Shown piece after piece: positions 11,466 through 24,690 of a stretch of 55,600 bases of DNA (position 1 is its first letter; every line of letters starts with the position of its first letter). The position numbers and the translations under genes are program-made. Source of the DNA: Octopus bimaculoides (lineage: Eukaryota). The stretch spans positions 20,133,130 to 20,188,729 of the forward strand of contig NC_068993.1 of assembly GCF_001194135.2 (NCBI RefSeq), read 5' to 3'. The notes beneath the pieces were generated by a model. That model saw only the letters and a program-made list of their open reading frames with translations, was not told the DNA's origin and made no database searches.

Positions 11466-12210
11466 ATCATCTTTGGCGTGGTTAATAGGGGAGCAAGGGG
11501 CGCAACTGCTCCCCTCGAGCACATTTTTCAAAATTAGCGCATTTTCAATAATTTTGTTTTACCTCTTCAGTTACCTACATCAGTAGCTGTAAGTTTCATA
11601 CGCAATGACATTGTTACTGAAACATGAAATTAATGAACGTAGAATACAATTACGTATTTCGTATGTGTACGCCAAAACAACGCCAGATCATATATTCAAA
11701 ATAAATAGAAATGGAGAGACAAGTTACTGAAGAGATTGCAAGAGTGCAATGAAACAATTTAACAAAAAACTATATAAATTAATAAAGGACTGAACCAGTG
11801 CGTGTGTTTATTACCGGTATAATGCCTCTCCCAAGGTTTAATTGTACAATTACATATATTATAATTAAAGAAATATTTCGCGTAATATAACAGAAATGAG
11901 TTTAAAATTGTTTAGTATGTGGCACGGTGCCTATTCTTTTATGTGCTCTCTCTCTCACTAACTTTAGAATCTTACTACACCTCTGTACACCATTCTAGGG
12001 ACATCAGAAGAGTCTGCACATAACCATCTGTCATTTCTTTTGTTACACTTTTGGTCTTATTCGAAGTTTTTTCTCTTCAGAGTAGGACGAAAACATTCCC
12101 TGCTCGTGGCACTGCATGGCACAGATCAAACGGTTTTCCTGCAGTTTTGCAAACATGAATTGGTCTCTGCTTAGTATCTACGATAATGAAATCCCCTCAA
12201 GTACCCCTTG

Positions 12211-12260
<50 letters not shown>

Positions 12261-12384
12261 CCACTCATAATACTTGTCGCGAAAGTAACGTAGAAATGAG
12301 CATACGTTTTTAATTAATACAGGTTGACAAAATTGTACGTGTCAGTAGATCGAATCTTCCTCTGTAGTAACTTTTGAGGCAAAT

Positions 12385-12635
12385 AATGAGTTTCAAGCAG
12401 AAGCAACGCGCTGGTATTGAGTTCTTAATGCAGGAGGGGTACGGGCTTTTCGACATCTACAGGCTACGGTTATTTACGGAGACGACACACTATTGACAAA
12501 AGCAATCTGCATGGATGGATGAAGTTTAAATAAAAGGAAATTGACATTGAAAACCTACAGCAAGTGACCATCAACTGCAGCCACTGACCTAAATCGCCAG
12601 CGAGTGGACGAATTGATTCGCATGAACAGACTACT
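12385..12635 (+). pseudogene. Mariner transposase N-terminal HTH remnant
   Basis: KQKQRAGIEFLMQEG ... TIDKSN ... NRQRVDELIR, with frameshifts. Confidence 0.55.
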
Positions 12636-14263
12636 CTACGATCCTTCAGTGTTTCCTCTGCTACCTGCTACACCTGAAACGGAGCGAGAACGCGCGACCC
12701 TCACGGATGGGTGCGAACACGCGGACCCAACCCGAAAACCAGAAAATATTTCAGTCTCCAGCAATTACAAACAATCTGCAAAGCTCAAAAGATGGTTTGT
12801 CAAAAAACGACTATCCAGTAGAACTCGAGCTCACACCGTGACATTATTATTATTTTTTCCATAATTTTGTCATAGGATAAAGAATGGCGCCTATAGTATT
12901 TTTCAGGACTCTGATACTTACTTTAAGAAAGGGAGAAAGTTATCTCAGTGATATTGAGCGACATATACTGTGTATGCGAACCACATAAAGCAGTCTCTAT
13001 ATAGGTGTGTTTGTTGTAGTCGAAGGTATGCTACATTTAAGGAAGTGGGTGGCCAATTTGTCTATCGCACAGGGAGGACAAAACCCACACGACACTTCTG
13101 AGTTATCTTCATAACTGAGATCCGGCCCGAATACTCACATTACAGCGATCTCTGGTAAGGGTGGTAAAGTTACTCTTGGGACAGGTAGTAGAGGCGATGT
13201 TAAATTGAGCGACGAATTAACTCTACCACCCTAAGTGGTAAGCTACGTACATCCACATAATTTTGCTGCAAAAATACAACACATGGAATTATATCGCTGA
13301 AACAACTTTCTTTTCTGGTTCTTTTTCTGTGTTTTCTTTCTTTTTTTGAATTGTTTTCTTGATTTATATAACTCCACCTTTAATTTTAAAATATAAACAA
13401 CATCGTTTATTCAGTCTTAGATTAGATCTAGAATAGTCCTCAGCAGATGTATATTTAATTGAGTAATTTATAAATCGTAAATGAAGCTGTAAATGACCTG
13501 AGGGAGTTATTTGTAGACGAGACTCAACACTCTCGGGGAAGTAAGAAGGTAGTTTTACTTGATAAAAATTACAAGATAGATGAGAAAGTAAATAAAGATG
13601 TAAGTTATATAAATTGTGGAAGTGCAATCGTGTAGCATAACAGTTAAAGCAGTAAGGCGTGAAGCAATCTTGTTTACATTTCTATAAGTAGTTTGCGCTG
13701 ATTTGTTAATGCTACTTAGCATAATTTTTTCTCTTTTATTTACTTTGCTTCTTTTTGTTTTCAATGGTAGAGGTGGGTTCCTTATTTTTCGAAGATAAAG
13801 GAAATGAAAGTCCTACGGAAAATGTAGGATGTAAATTAAAGCGAGTCAAAAATCAAAATCAGCTAAAATCAAATATCCTATACCTTAACCTTTTGCCCGT
13901 CTTGTATATACCACGTGTGAAACACAGGACATATTTCCCTGGACTCTATTGTATAATATATAATACATATCTACGTTATTCATCAAGTAGCTGACTAGTA
14001 TTTACGGACATGGAAATATCCTTGAAAAAATACGAAGACCAAAAAACTGAGGAAAGCTGGAATAATAATGGTGAGGCAGAAATAATAGTGATAGTAAATA
14101 CCATTGTGACATCTAGAACAGTGATTGTCAACCGTTTTTTAATTTTTTTATCTATGGACCCCTTTGATTACTATTTTATTGCGATAGGCCCCCAACGCCA
14201 CTTGAAGTTTTAAAGACTAGTTTTATAGACACTTCTTTCAAAATTCCTATTTTTTTATTCACA

Positions 14264-14297
<34 letters not shown>

Positions 14298-15147
14298 GAG
14301 TGAAAGAGCAGTGCATTCCATCAAAGTGACACAGAGGTAAAATATACAAAGTCCATTATACCCATCATGACTACCCGTCTTATAAGGGTACACCAGGCAC
14401 ATGCATCACAACCATATGTGCGCGACATGGTGATCTCATATCAAGATAAACAGCGCATGAACTTACAGATGGGGCCTAGTTAGAATTTTCTTCAGGCCGA
14501 GTAGCCCATCCCACTCAAAAGGTTCCTGAATAAGGCTTGTTTAAGGATGTTGAACGAAACATCCATGTTTCCTGAGTTGAATTATCCAAACCCCCCCAAA
14601 ATTCCTTTCAACACATGGCTATGATGCTCCCCAACCACTTCTGCTCGGGATCAGAGATGCTCATATTGTCAGCCATTAAGGGACATGCTCAGCTGGTTAA
14701 GGTCAAACAAATGACAACCAAATCTGTGGTATTGAGCAGAATATTTGTCGTCGCCCATCTTTTATACCAAGACAAAACAAAGTACATGATAACACTTCCA
14801 ATCAATTAAGATCAGAAGCCATGAGAGCCATTGCCCGGTACTGCATCAGGGCATTTATTATTATTATTATTATCATCATCATCATTTATAATCATGCATT
14901 AATATATTTTCATATGATTGATTAATTTTGTAATCCATGCAATTTTTGGTAATTTTCATTATATTACCGAGTTTTATGATTGGCTGGTGGTTTGGCAGAT
15001 TCGACTGAGCATCGAATAAAATTCTGTTCAGTATTTGTTTTTAATCCATGGTCAGATTTCAAATTCTACTGGTGGGTCATCTTTATCTTTTGTCTTCTTG
15101 GAGCTGATAAAATAAATCACTAGTCAAGTACTGGTACCCATGTGTAG

Positions 15148-15280
15148 AGGTGCGTGGCTTAGTGGCTAGGGTGTTGGACTCATGATCGTAAGATTGTGGT
15201 TTCGTTTCCTGGACCAGGTGACACTTCATTTCACGTTGCTCCAGTCCACTCAGTTGGTAAAAATGAGTAGTTCTGTAAAA
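15148..15280 (+). mobile_element. tRNA-head SINE, 5' portion (family D)
   Basis: ggtgcgtggcttagtggctagggtgttggactcatgatcgtaagattgtggtttcgtttcc: A/B boxes and a tRNA-like fold. Confidence 0.65.
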
Positions 15281-16047
15281 GACCAGCGTCCTGTCCAGAT
15301 GGGGAATATATGCACCGTGAAACCGGCTCTCATGAGTCGGTATCACTCTAGAAGCTACCTTTACCTTAGTACGCTATTAACTATTATGGTGTGTCTAAAT
15401 TAGAAATGATTATGACGACCAATTCTAGAGCGGTAGTTGGGCAAAATCGCGAGACCACTGGACAAAATGTTGAGTCGTATTTGATTATTTCCCTCATGTT
15501 CTGAGTTCAAAATCACTGAGGTCAACTGCACCTTTCGTTTCTACACCCTCTCTTCGATATTGGGATCGTTTTAATCGATTAATCACCTCACCTCACAAAT
15601 CTGTGACCTTATGCTAAGCAGAAACAATTATTACAAATTCTAACCATACATACATACATACATACATACATACATACGTAATAAAATCATACATACATAC
15701 GTAAATACATACATACATACATACATACATTATAGAGCGCCGAGGAATATTACGCTTGAGAAATCTTGCAAAGTACTCGCTGAAGGTAATGAAAACGAAA
15801 TGCTTAGATATGTTAAACAAATATCTCCAATGAGACCTTATGTTTAATGCTAAGAGCTGTGTCTAGTATATAAACCTTCCTTGATGGATAAACATATTTG
15901 TCAATTAATATAACACGGTCATTGGTCTTTATATAGAACTTGACATTCGGATCATGTCTGGTTTGGAATCCATCAAGTCCATCTAATAAAATTTCTTTTA
16001 TTTGTTTCCTATGACTTCGCATCTGTTTGGTTATTTGCTTATATAGT

Positions 16048-16114
<67 letters not shown>

Positions 16115-17867
16115 NNNNNNNNNNNNNNNNNNNNNNNNNNNNNNNNNNNNNNNNNNNNNNNNNNNNNNNNNNNNNNNNNNNNNNNNNNNNNNNNNNNNNN
16201 NNNNNNNNNNNNNNNNNNNNNNNNNNNNNNNNNNNNNNNNNNNNNNNNNNNNNNNNNNNNNNNNNNNNNNNNNNNNNNNNNNNNNNNNNNNNNNNNNNNN
16301 NNNNNNNNNNNNNNNNNNNNNNNNNNNNNNNNNNNNNNNNNNNNNNNNNNNNNNNNNNNNNNNNNNNNNNNNNNNNNNNNNNNNNNNNNNNNNNNNNNNN
16401 NNNNNNNNNNNNNNNNNNNNNNNNNNNNNNNNNNNNNNNNNNNNNNNNNNNNNNNNNNNNNNNNNNNNNNNNNNNNNNNNNNNNNNNNNNNNNNNNNNNN
16501 NNNNNNNNNNNNNNNNNNNNNNNNNNNNNNNNNNNNNNNNNNNNNNNNNNNNNNNNNNNNNNNNNNNNNNNNNNNNNNNNNNNNNNNNNNNNNNNNNNNN
16601 NNNNNNNNNNNNNNNNNNNNNNNNNNNNNNNNNNNNNNNNNNNNNNNNNNNNNNNNNNNNNNNNNNNNNNNTGTACATACCCCAAACGTTTTCTCGATGC
16701 CTTTTCATCGTTATCCCCATTTTAATTTTTACTTTATTTTCGTCCCCATCGAAAAGAAAAACTCTACATTTGTATTTTGTCCCCTCTATGTTGAGCCCTG
16801 TGTGGCTAATAAAGAAACATATCTATCAGTCTGTCTGTCTGCTTGTTTATCTATCTATCTATCTATGTGTGTGTTTGTGTTTGTCTCTGTGTGTGCGTGC
16901 GCGCATGCGAGATTGAACTCTGCGGGTGTTGTTAAGTGGAACATCACTAATCCACTATATATATGTCACATGTAGTCCTCCCTCCACTCAACAAATAGCC
17001 CCGTGGCAACATGCTATGTACATCTGTTGCTTCTAGAATGTAGTAGTAGTAGTACTTGTAGTAGTAGTAGTAGTAGTAGTAGTAGTATAGTCATTGACAA
17101 TGTAAAGTGCCTGGGAGATTCGCAATTTGGTTCGAAACCAAATGACAGCTACTCTGCTACGCAAGATATACTTGAAGCATTTTACACTCAACTCTCTTCT
17201 GACAATAATCACTCGAATACAAAAAAAAAAGAAGGAAAAAAAAAAAAAGAAACGAAAGTCAATGACAACATCTGTAAAAACGATGTAAACAGTTGTAAAA
17301 CAAAATAACGCTAAACGGAACCAGAAAGTGTCTCGTAGATTTGACGCACTGGCGCTGACCACCGTATTACGGCAACATCCGCGATGAGTGACCTTTATGA
17401 CATTATTTTTCTTTATTTGTTTATATTGTGTTATAAGTACGTGCTTTTGCATAGTTTCTACGCTAGTTCCAAGCATTGGTGCCAGGCCAGTAATTTTTTG
17501 GAGGGAGTGGGTAAGTCGATTATGTCACGTTTAGTACTCAACTGGTATTAATTTATCGATCTCATCGATAAAGTAATAATACCAATAAAAGTCGATCTCG
17601 GCGGAATATGAACTCAAACCAGTTTAAAGGATTTTATTTCTTTCATTTCAGATCCATCACGGCAGATAAAATACTAACACAAGAAATGAAAGGGTATGTA
17701 GTCGTTGTTACTATATGTGCAGAACACAAGAATTTAGATATTATCAATTTTCTAAATGTTGCAAGATCTTTTGTGCTCAAAGTTCGGATGGAATTGCAAG
17801 CCACTGGCAGGAATGTTTCAACTGCATTAAAAAGAGAGAATTAATTCTAAACTTTCTGACAATATAT

Positions 17868-18237
17868 GTTGTTGGTACTCCATCGCTTACGACGTGGAGG
17901 GTTCCAGTTGATCCGATCAACGGAACAGCCAGCTCGTGAAATTAACGTGCAAGTGGCTGAGCACTCCACAGACACGTGTACCCTTAGCGTAGTTCTCGGG
18001 GATATTCAGCGTGACACAGTGTGACAAGGCTGACCCTTTGAATTACAGGCACAACAGAAGCAGGAAGTAAGAGTGAGAGAAAGAGTACAGCAGAGTTCGC
18101 CACCATCCCCTGCCAGAGCCACGTGGAGCTTTAGCTGTTTTCGCTCAATAAACACTCGCAACGCCCGGTCTGGGAATCGAAACCGCAATCCTATGACTGC
18201 GAGTCAACTGCCCTAACCACTGGGCCATTGCGCTTCC
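17868..18237 (-). mobile_element. tRNA-head SINE family B, full length, with probable TSD TGACAATATA (17857-17866, 18243-18252)
   Basis: Reverse complement aligns with 5002-5388 along its full length. Confidence 0.8.
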
Positions 18238-18269
18238 ACTTATGACAATATAAAAGTTATTGCATCCTA

Positions 18270-19000
18270 CGGGTTCAAAACGTAATCGAGAATGTTTCCA
18301 GAGAACCAACGAGAGCCATTGCTAAAGAACTTCAGGTGTCGTAGTTGACTATCAGAACTGTGGTGCGTGAAGGCATTCAATTTATGCCTGCAAAGACATA
18401 AAAACTGTTTGATCCGTGCTACGTGGTTACTTGATAAGGTTTGAAATCCTCATGGACACGGTATGCTTTGATTCTTCTCTGATGAGAAAAACTTCGAACA
18501 AGAGCAAAAGTGTAACAGAAGAAATGACGGATGGTTGTGTGCAAATCTTGATATCTCCGGACTGACGCACATTAAATTTCAGTAACTATTATAATTTTAG
18601 TGAGTAACGAAAGTCATGTCATTCCACCTCCCATCTTTCCACAGATTTTCAGAATTAAGGTTGCTGTATACGTTGATGTACTGGAGACGCTGTTAAGCAT
18701 TGGAAGGATGATGTATGCGGTGACGGGCTTATTCGAGTTTCAACAACACTTAGCGCCTTCTCACAAAGTACATGTAACCCAATAACGGAAGTTAGAAAAA
18801 CTTGAGGCCCATACCCGCCAGATTTAAATTTCATGGCTTATCATGTATGAAACATGATTAAAAGGGAGACTAATCGACATCGTCACAATAGCATAGTTTC
18901 CCTGAAGACTACCATTGTCCATGTAATGTCCGAAATAAATAAGGATTATCTGGTGTAGAAATGACAAAGATTCCGGTCCTGCTTTGAAGCAATCATCAAA
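18270..19000 (+). pseudogene. Degenerate Tc1/mariner-superfamily (maT/DD37D-like) transposase
   Basis: Hand translation gives FFSDEKNFEQEQKCNRRNDGWL, VSNESHVIPPPIFPQ, FQQHLAPSHK, PDLNFMAY and ETNRHRHNS, with stops and frameshifts. Confidence 0.7.
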
Positions 19001-19585
19001 TATGAAGACGGATTCACAGTATAATCTAATAAGAAAGCATATCGAAAAGGTCGTCAGAAAGCCGAGAGACTGGGCATCTTAATTGAAAGAGCAGACAACA
19101 TTGTGGCAAGAACTTGGGTTCTCGAAGTTTTCTGCAAGGTGGGTCCTTCACATGTTGACTCCTGAACAGAAACGCACCAGGTGCACTTTGTCCACGAGCA
19201 ATCTGGAACTGTTTGAAACCGATGAAGAGAATTACTATGGATGAAAGTTGGGTTCATCACTACCAGCCTGAAACCAAAGAACAACCAAAGCAGTGGAAGC
19301 ACACATCTTCTCCTACCCCAAAGAAGGTCAGGTTCATTCCTTCAGCTGGCAAGGTCATGGTGTCAATTTGTTTGGATTCTCAAGGTGTCTTGCTGATTGA
19401 TTACCTTGAAAAGGATCACACCGTGACAGGGCAGTATTACACTCATCTACTGAAACCCCTCCGAGAAGTAATCAAAGAAAAAATGCCGGGAATGCTCACT
19501 AGAGTAGTCGTTTTTCTTCACGACAATGCTCCAGCCCACGCCTCAGTGGTTGCCATGGCAACAATTCGTGACTGTGGATACGAAC
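19000..19585 (+). pseudogene. Mariner (DD34D) transposase fragment
   Basis: ORF 19213-19641 contains ITMDESWVHHYQPETK...SAGKVM...FLHDNAPAH. The upstream frame has SARWVLHMLT (WVPHEL motif). Truncated before the YSPDL motif. Confidence 0.9.
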
Positions 19586-20067
19586 ATTTTTTCTCTTTTT
19601 TTCTCTCTCTCTCCTCTTTCTCTCTCGCTGCTCACACGTGACCATCGTCCATTTTTCTTTTCCTCGCGTGGCCATATTTCTTTTCTTGCTCGGACGTTCA
19701 AAAGAACGGACGTGTTTTTCTCACTCCTATCTCTTCTCCTTTCAAAAATAATGTTTCTCCCAGCGTTCACTATTTTCCTCTCGTTCTAGTCTAACGACTC
19801 TTCGTGTTTGTTTTCATTCGGTTTCCTTGTATGTCTCATGCTTTTGTTCCCAACTTTGACCCTCCATAAATCCTGAATTTTATTTTAGAATTTATGGAAG
19901 CGACTGTCTTTGAAGACACATATTGTCATTGAATACTCGAAGTGAGGAGTAGATAGACAACCGACAACTGATGAAGGTTCCTTTCTCTGTGTTTACTTGT
20001 CCTGTTTTCCATTTTTTCTTGCTGTTTACGTATTTCATGTTATTTGCACCGTTGGTGACGTCTTGTG

Positions 20068-20112
<45 letters not shown>

Positions 20113-20212
20113 NNNNNNNNNNNNNNNNNNNNNNNNNNNNNNNNNNNNNNNNNNNNNNNNNNNNNNNNNNNNNNNNNNNNNNNNNNNNNNNNNNNNNNNN
20201 NNNNNNNNNNNN

Positions 20213-20418
20213 GCTGGGCGAAATGCTTAGCGGTATTTCGTCTGCCGCTACGTCCTGAGTTCTAATTCTGCCTAGGTCGACTTTGCCTTTCATCCTTTTC
20301 GGGGTCGATTAATTAAGTACCAGTTACGCACTGGGGTCGATGTAATCGACTTAATCCCTTTGTCTGTCCTTGTTTGTCCACCCCCCACTATGTTCAGCCC
20401 CTTGTGGGCAATAAAGAA
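20213..20418 (+). mobile_element. SINE family A copy abutting a gap
   Basis: gggcgaaatgcttagcggtatttcgtctgccgctacgt...aagtaccagttacgcactggggtcgatg...gtgggcaataaagaaat. Confidence 0.8.
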
Positions 20419-21401
20419 ATGAGGCAGATAGATACATAGATAGGGAGAGAGAGAGAGAAATAAAGAAAGGAGTGCGTGCTTGTTTACACTTACAGGTGCA
20501 TACATATTTGTAATCATGAGTTTTTATATATTTTAATCTGTACGTGATTTCACTTTGTCATACGGAAAATATATTTACCCTTTATCAGTTTAATACATCC
20601 GGAAAAGGAATTTTATTTTGTGTGTTCATACATATTGCCTCTGTAACTAGGCGTGTGTGCATGTGTATCTCGGCGCTATACTCTTAATTTTTCTTTTTAA
20701 AAGTATTTTGAAGTGATTGATAGTTGGCCAAATAAACTTGCTAGTCTTTCCGTACTAAGTATGACTTTAAGAAGATTAACCCATTTTCTGGGTTTAATCT
20801 TTTCCAATAGATATTTGTCACCGTAAGATTATCTGATGAACATGAACTTGAGTACACTTTGAACTTGCGTTATTTCTTTTCTTTTCTCCTGTAGATACAC
20901 ACACTCATACACATTCCTACCCACTAAGACACGGGCATACATATTTATACGTATATGCTAATAAGCAATGTACGTATTCACACATCATTTACTTTTTTAT
21001 TCAAATACGTGTATATATTCACGTGTATATCCATATATATAAATATGCATACATGCATATCTACACAGATGTATTCTCGTCTTGAACCAAATGCATACAC
21101 AGTTAGAGAATAAAAGCTGATTTAATATTTAAATATATTTGGTAAAAGTTCTGCAGCTGGTAGCGGGATTGATTATGGTGAGAAATGTGTTTAGTGCTCT
21201 TCAGCCCCAGTTCATTGTTGATTGAGTAGATTTAAAATCTAAGGCTTTCCATCTCATGTTTTATTCAGGACTACATTATCCAATCTGCTCTCACTCTTTT
21301 AAAATAATATTGTGTAATTTGAGGCAGGTGTGAATGCTACCTTTTAATTGGCCATGTTTTTCCTGGTTTTGCGAAACTTGGTCTGTAATGCTTGGTATTT
21401 C

Positions 21402-21455
<54 letters not shown>

Positions 21456-22311
21456 AGGGCGCTTGCCTAGTGGTTTGGGTGTTGCACTCATATATACATA
21501 TATATATCATATATGGAAAGATTAAGATTAACCGTTTGCCTATCTTGTGTATCACGTGATACATAGAGCGTAATTTTTCTGGCGTCCGTGCATCATATGT
21601 GATACACAATCTCAGTGTTTTTCATCTACCAGAATAACTTGGGACTAATGAAAGAAAAGCTTCGTATTAATTACAACGTGTGAAACAAGGGTTAACTAAA
21701 ACAAGTCTGTACGTTTAGGACAAACTTATGAACACGCTTTGGACAGGCAAGAGTTAAGACATAAAATGGGAAGAAACAAGAAACAAACGTGGAACCAGAA
21801 TAGAAGATCGATGATTTTATTTATCTGACAAAAATATATAGCAATCAATATCCATTTTGTAATATTTTCTTCATTAAAATAATTGTTCCTTTATTGACAC
21901 TCTTCACATCCATTGGACACACATATAAAATATAAAGAAGAAAACATATCTGATTCTTGCTTTTAGGGAAATTTATCGAGATGATGGCAGTATAAGTTTT
22001 GTTCCAAATCACAAATAATACATAGCATGAACGTGTAAATTTATCTACTTATGTGTGTGTGTGTGTGAGAGAGTGTGTGTGTGTGAGTGTGTGTGTGTGT
22101 ATTTATGCGTATACTTGAGTGCTTATGTGTGTATGTGCATGTGTTTATGTGCGCATGTGTGTATGTGTGTGATCTTTTTTGTTAATGTACCTCGACGTCT
22201 GTTGGATTCGAAGGACACTGTTGTGATGCAGACAGTGTCTAAGGCATTTTAAACCTGGCGGAGTCAATCCCTCTTCAGGTTCGACTACAGCCGATTCCTT
22301 CATTTCAGAGA

Positions 22312-22372
<61 letters not shown>

Positions 22373-23808
22373 CGGATGTGGATGAGTGTGAGGAGAGTGT
22401 GAGAGAGGGTGCGTGGATAGGTTTGAGGGAGAGAAAGAAAGAAAGAAAACAGAAAAAGTTATTCAACCCCAGTATTTGACTGGGACTTTACTTATCGACT
22501 GCCCCTCTCAAAAGTGTGAAAGGAAAATTTAACCTCGCCAGGATTTGAACTCAGATCACAGGGAACCAGAACAAATACCATAAGACATTCTATCAGATAC
22601 TTTAACGAATTTTTTTTACTCCGCTAATTCATCACTTATGCTCTGCTAGTCCGTGCGTAAGGGTACGAGTATAGGCGTGTATGTGAATGTGTGCAAAAGT
22701 GTGTGAGTATCTCTGTGTGAAAGACTGAAGACCAACGGTGTATAAAAATTCGTTAGATGTATTTTTTGAAATCTAAATTCTATCATTTAACATGTTTGAT
22801 GAAATGCCCACACAGCTCCGACGTAACTGTGTGTGTATTTGTGAGTTTCTTTTAGCCTAGACTCAAGTAAAAATAAATAAAATAAATAAATAAATAAATT
22901 TTATCTATATCTTCTTTAAAACACATATTTGAAAGAAATGCGATGTTGGGATGCACAGTTTTTCACAAGAGTTATAGTTGGCGGTTTTTAACAAAACTAG
23001 AATATGTGTCAGGGTCTCAGCTTACTAGAATCTGGGTTTGCGCCACAAGCAGTGAACGATAATGTAATTCCGTATGCTTACACACACACACACATACACA
23101 CACACACACGTATGTATGCATATATGTATGTATGTATGTATGCATGCATATATGTACGTATGTATATATATGCACACACTCAATGGGTACGCAGATGATT
23201 ATATGTACATAGATAAGTAAGCAAACATTTCCCACCCATATAAATGCAAGGTTACATATGAAACCCGAACGCCATTGAGATAAAAACAACGGATCGAATT
23301 CCTGGATTACAAATCCATAATCCCATTACTTTTCTCGAATCGAGAGAGAGGAAAAAGAAAAAGAAGGAAAGAAAAGAAGAGAAGGAAAGGAAGCAACGAA
23401 GATTGTTAGCTAGATAGATAGCTTGCTAGCGAGATAAAAAAAATATATATCAAGGCATATGTCACTAAAAAATGATAAGCGATCATATAGCCACTGATTT
23501 ATATGTTGATAAGTTCCAATTTTGCTCAAGATTCGCTGGATAAAAAATTTTAAGAAAATACAACGCATTGCTAAATAGTAAGGACTTACTGCATTGCAGA
23601 TTAAAGTTTCCTTGATTTTTCTTTCGAAAGTCGTCTTTACTCGTGTACAATGCGATAATAATGAGATTCACATACGAGTGTAATGCTAGCATAATGAACT
23701 TTTCACTTTTTGTACTTAAAAATCAGTAATATATTACCTTTTTCTTTTTTCCTGCTCTCGAATATAATGGCTATCCACCTTGATTTTGCACCTGATGCTT
23801 TCCTTTAA

Positions 23809-24022
23809 CCCTTTAGCATTCAATTAGGCAATATTTGACCTGCTTTATGTTAAAATTTGGTCTGATCTGGCTTCGCATCTCACACCTACCCTACAATGTT
23901 ATTCTAAACAAAAAACAATCACATCATTGAAATCACGAAACTTCGAGATAATGCAAAATTAATTTGAAACAATGTGAATAAATAAGCATTACAATTGACA
24001 AATTAATCTGAATGTCAAACGG
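23809..24022. mobile_element. piggyBac-type MITE
   Basis: TTAA|CCCTTTAGCATTC...GAATGTCAAACGG|TTAA; TIRs match at 10 of 13 positions. Confidence 0.6.
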
Positions 24023-24299
24023 TTAAATTTCTCGCATTGTACACAAGAAATCTTCACAGTTACGAAATTTGAATGCCTGTAAATGATCCTGATCGAGCAG
24101 ACCTTTGATGAAATGCATTCCGATTCCGACCATCTCGCATAATAAGACACGATTGTCTCCCCATAGGACAATGGATTTAGGATCACATTATCCAACGTCG
24201 CCTTCATTTTTCAGGAAGATATTTGTTAGCTATTTTTAGTATGTTGAGCGACTACAAAGTGTCCCTAGCGTATTTTATACCTAGATACTAAAAATGTTA

Positions 24300-24690
24300 T
24301 ATATTGCAGTGTTGTTAAAAAGCTCGCTTCATAACCACGTGGTCCAGGGTTCATTCCCACTGCACGGCATCTGTGGCAAGTGTCTTCTACTATAACCTCG
24401 GCCGACTAATGCCTTGTAAGTTAATTTGGAAGACAGAAACTACGTGGAAGCCCGTTGTATACATACACACATATATACATACATACATACGTGTGTGTGT
24501 GTGTGTTTCACCGCTTAATGACTGATGTTGGTTTGTTTTTATTCGCATAACTTGGCGGTTCGGCAAAAAAAGCCCAAAAGAATAAATTCCAGACTTTAAA
24601 ATAAGCACTGATGTCAGTTTGTTAGATTAAGGCCTTCAGAAATGTACTCCAGCATGGCCGCAGTTTAATGACTCAAACAATTAAAAGAGG
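24300..24690 (+). mobile_element. tRNA-head SINE family C with internal (TACA)/(GT) microsatellite
   Basis: aaccacgtggtccagggttcattcccactgcacggca...tggaagacagaaact. Related pieces at about 3465-3610 (+), 29912-30060 (-), 49120-49205 (-) and 50410-50670 (+). Confidence 0.65.

Noticed and set aside
15813-16050. 79-codon minus-strand open frame RTLYKQITKQMRSHRKQ...SLEIFV
   Set aside because: No recognisable domain and no good acceptor. ORFs of this length are expected by chance in 55 kb.
17003-17476. Overlapping 101-aa (+) and 147-aa (-) ORFs; IDNVKCLGD vaguely SRCR-like
   Set aside because: Length is inflated by (AGT)n and poly-A tracts, and only a single short motif matches.
19960-19990. CTGATGAAGG core-like motif
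   Set aside because: No closing stem II or GAAA downstream, so it is not a hammerhead.
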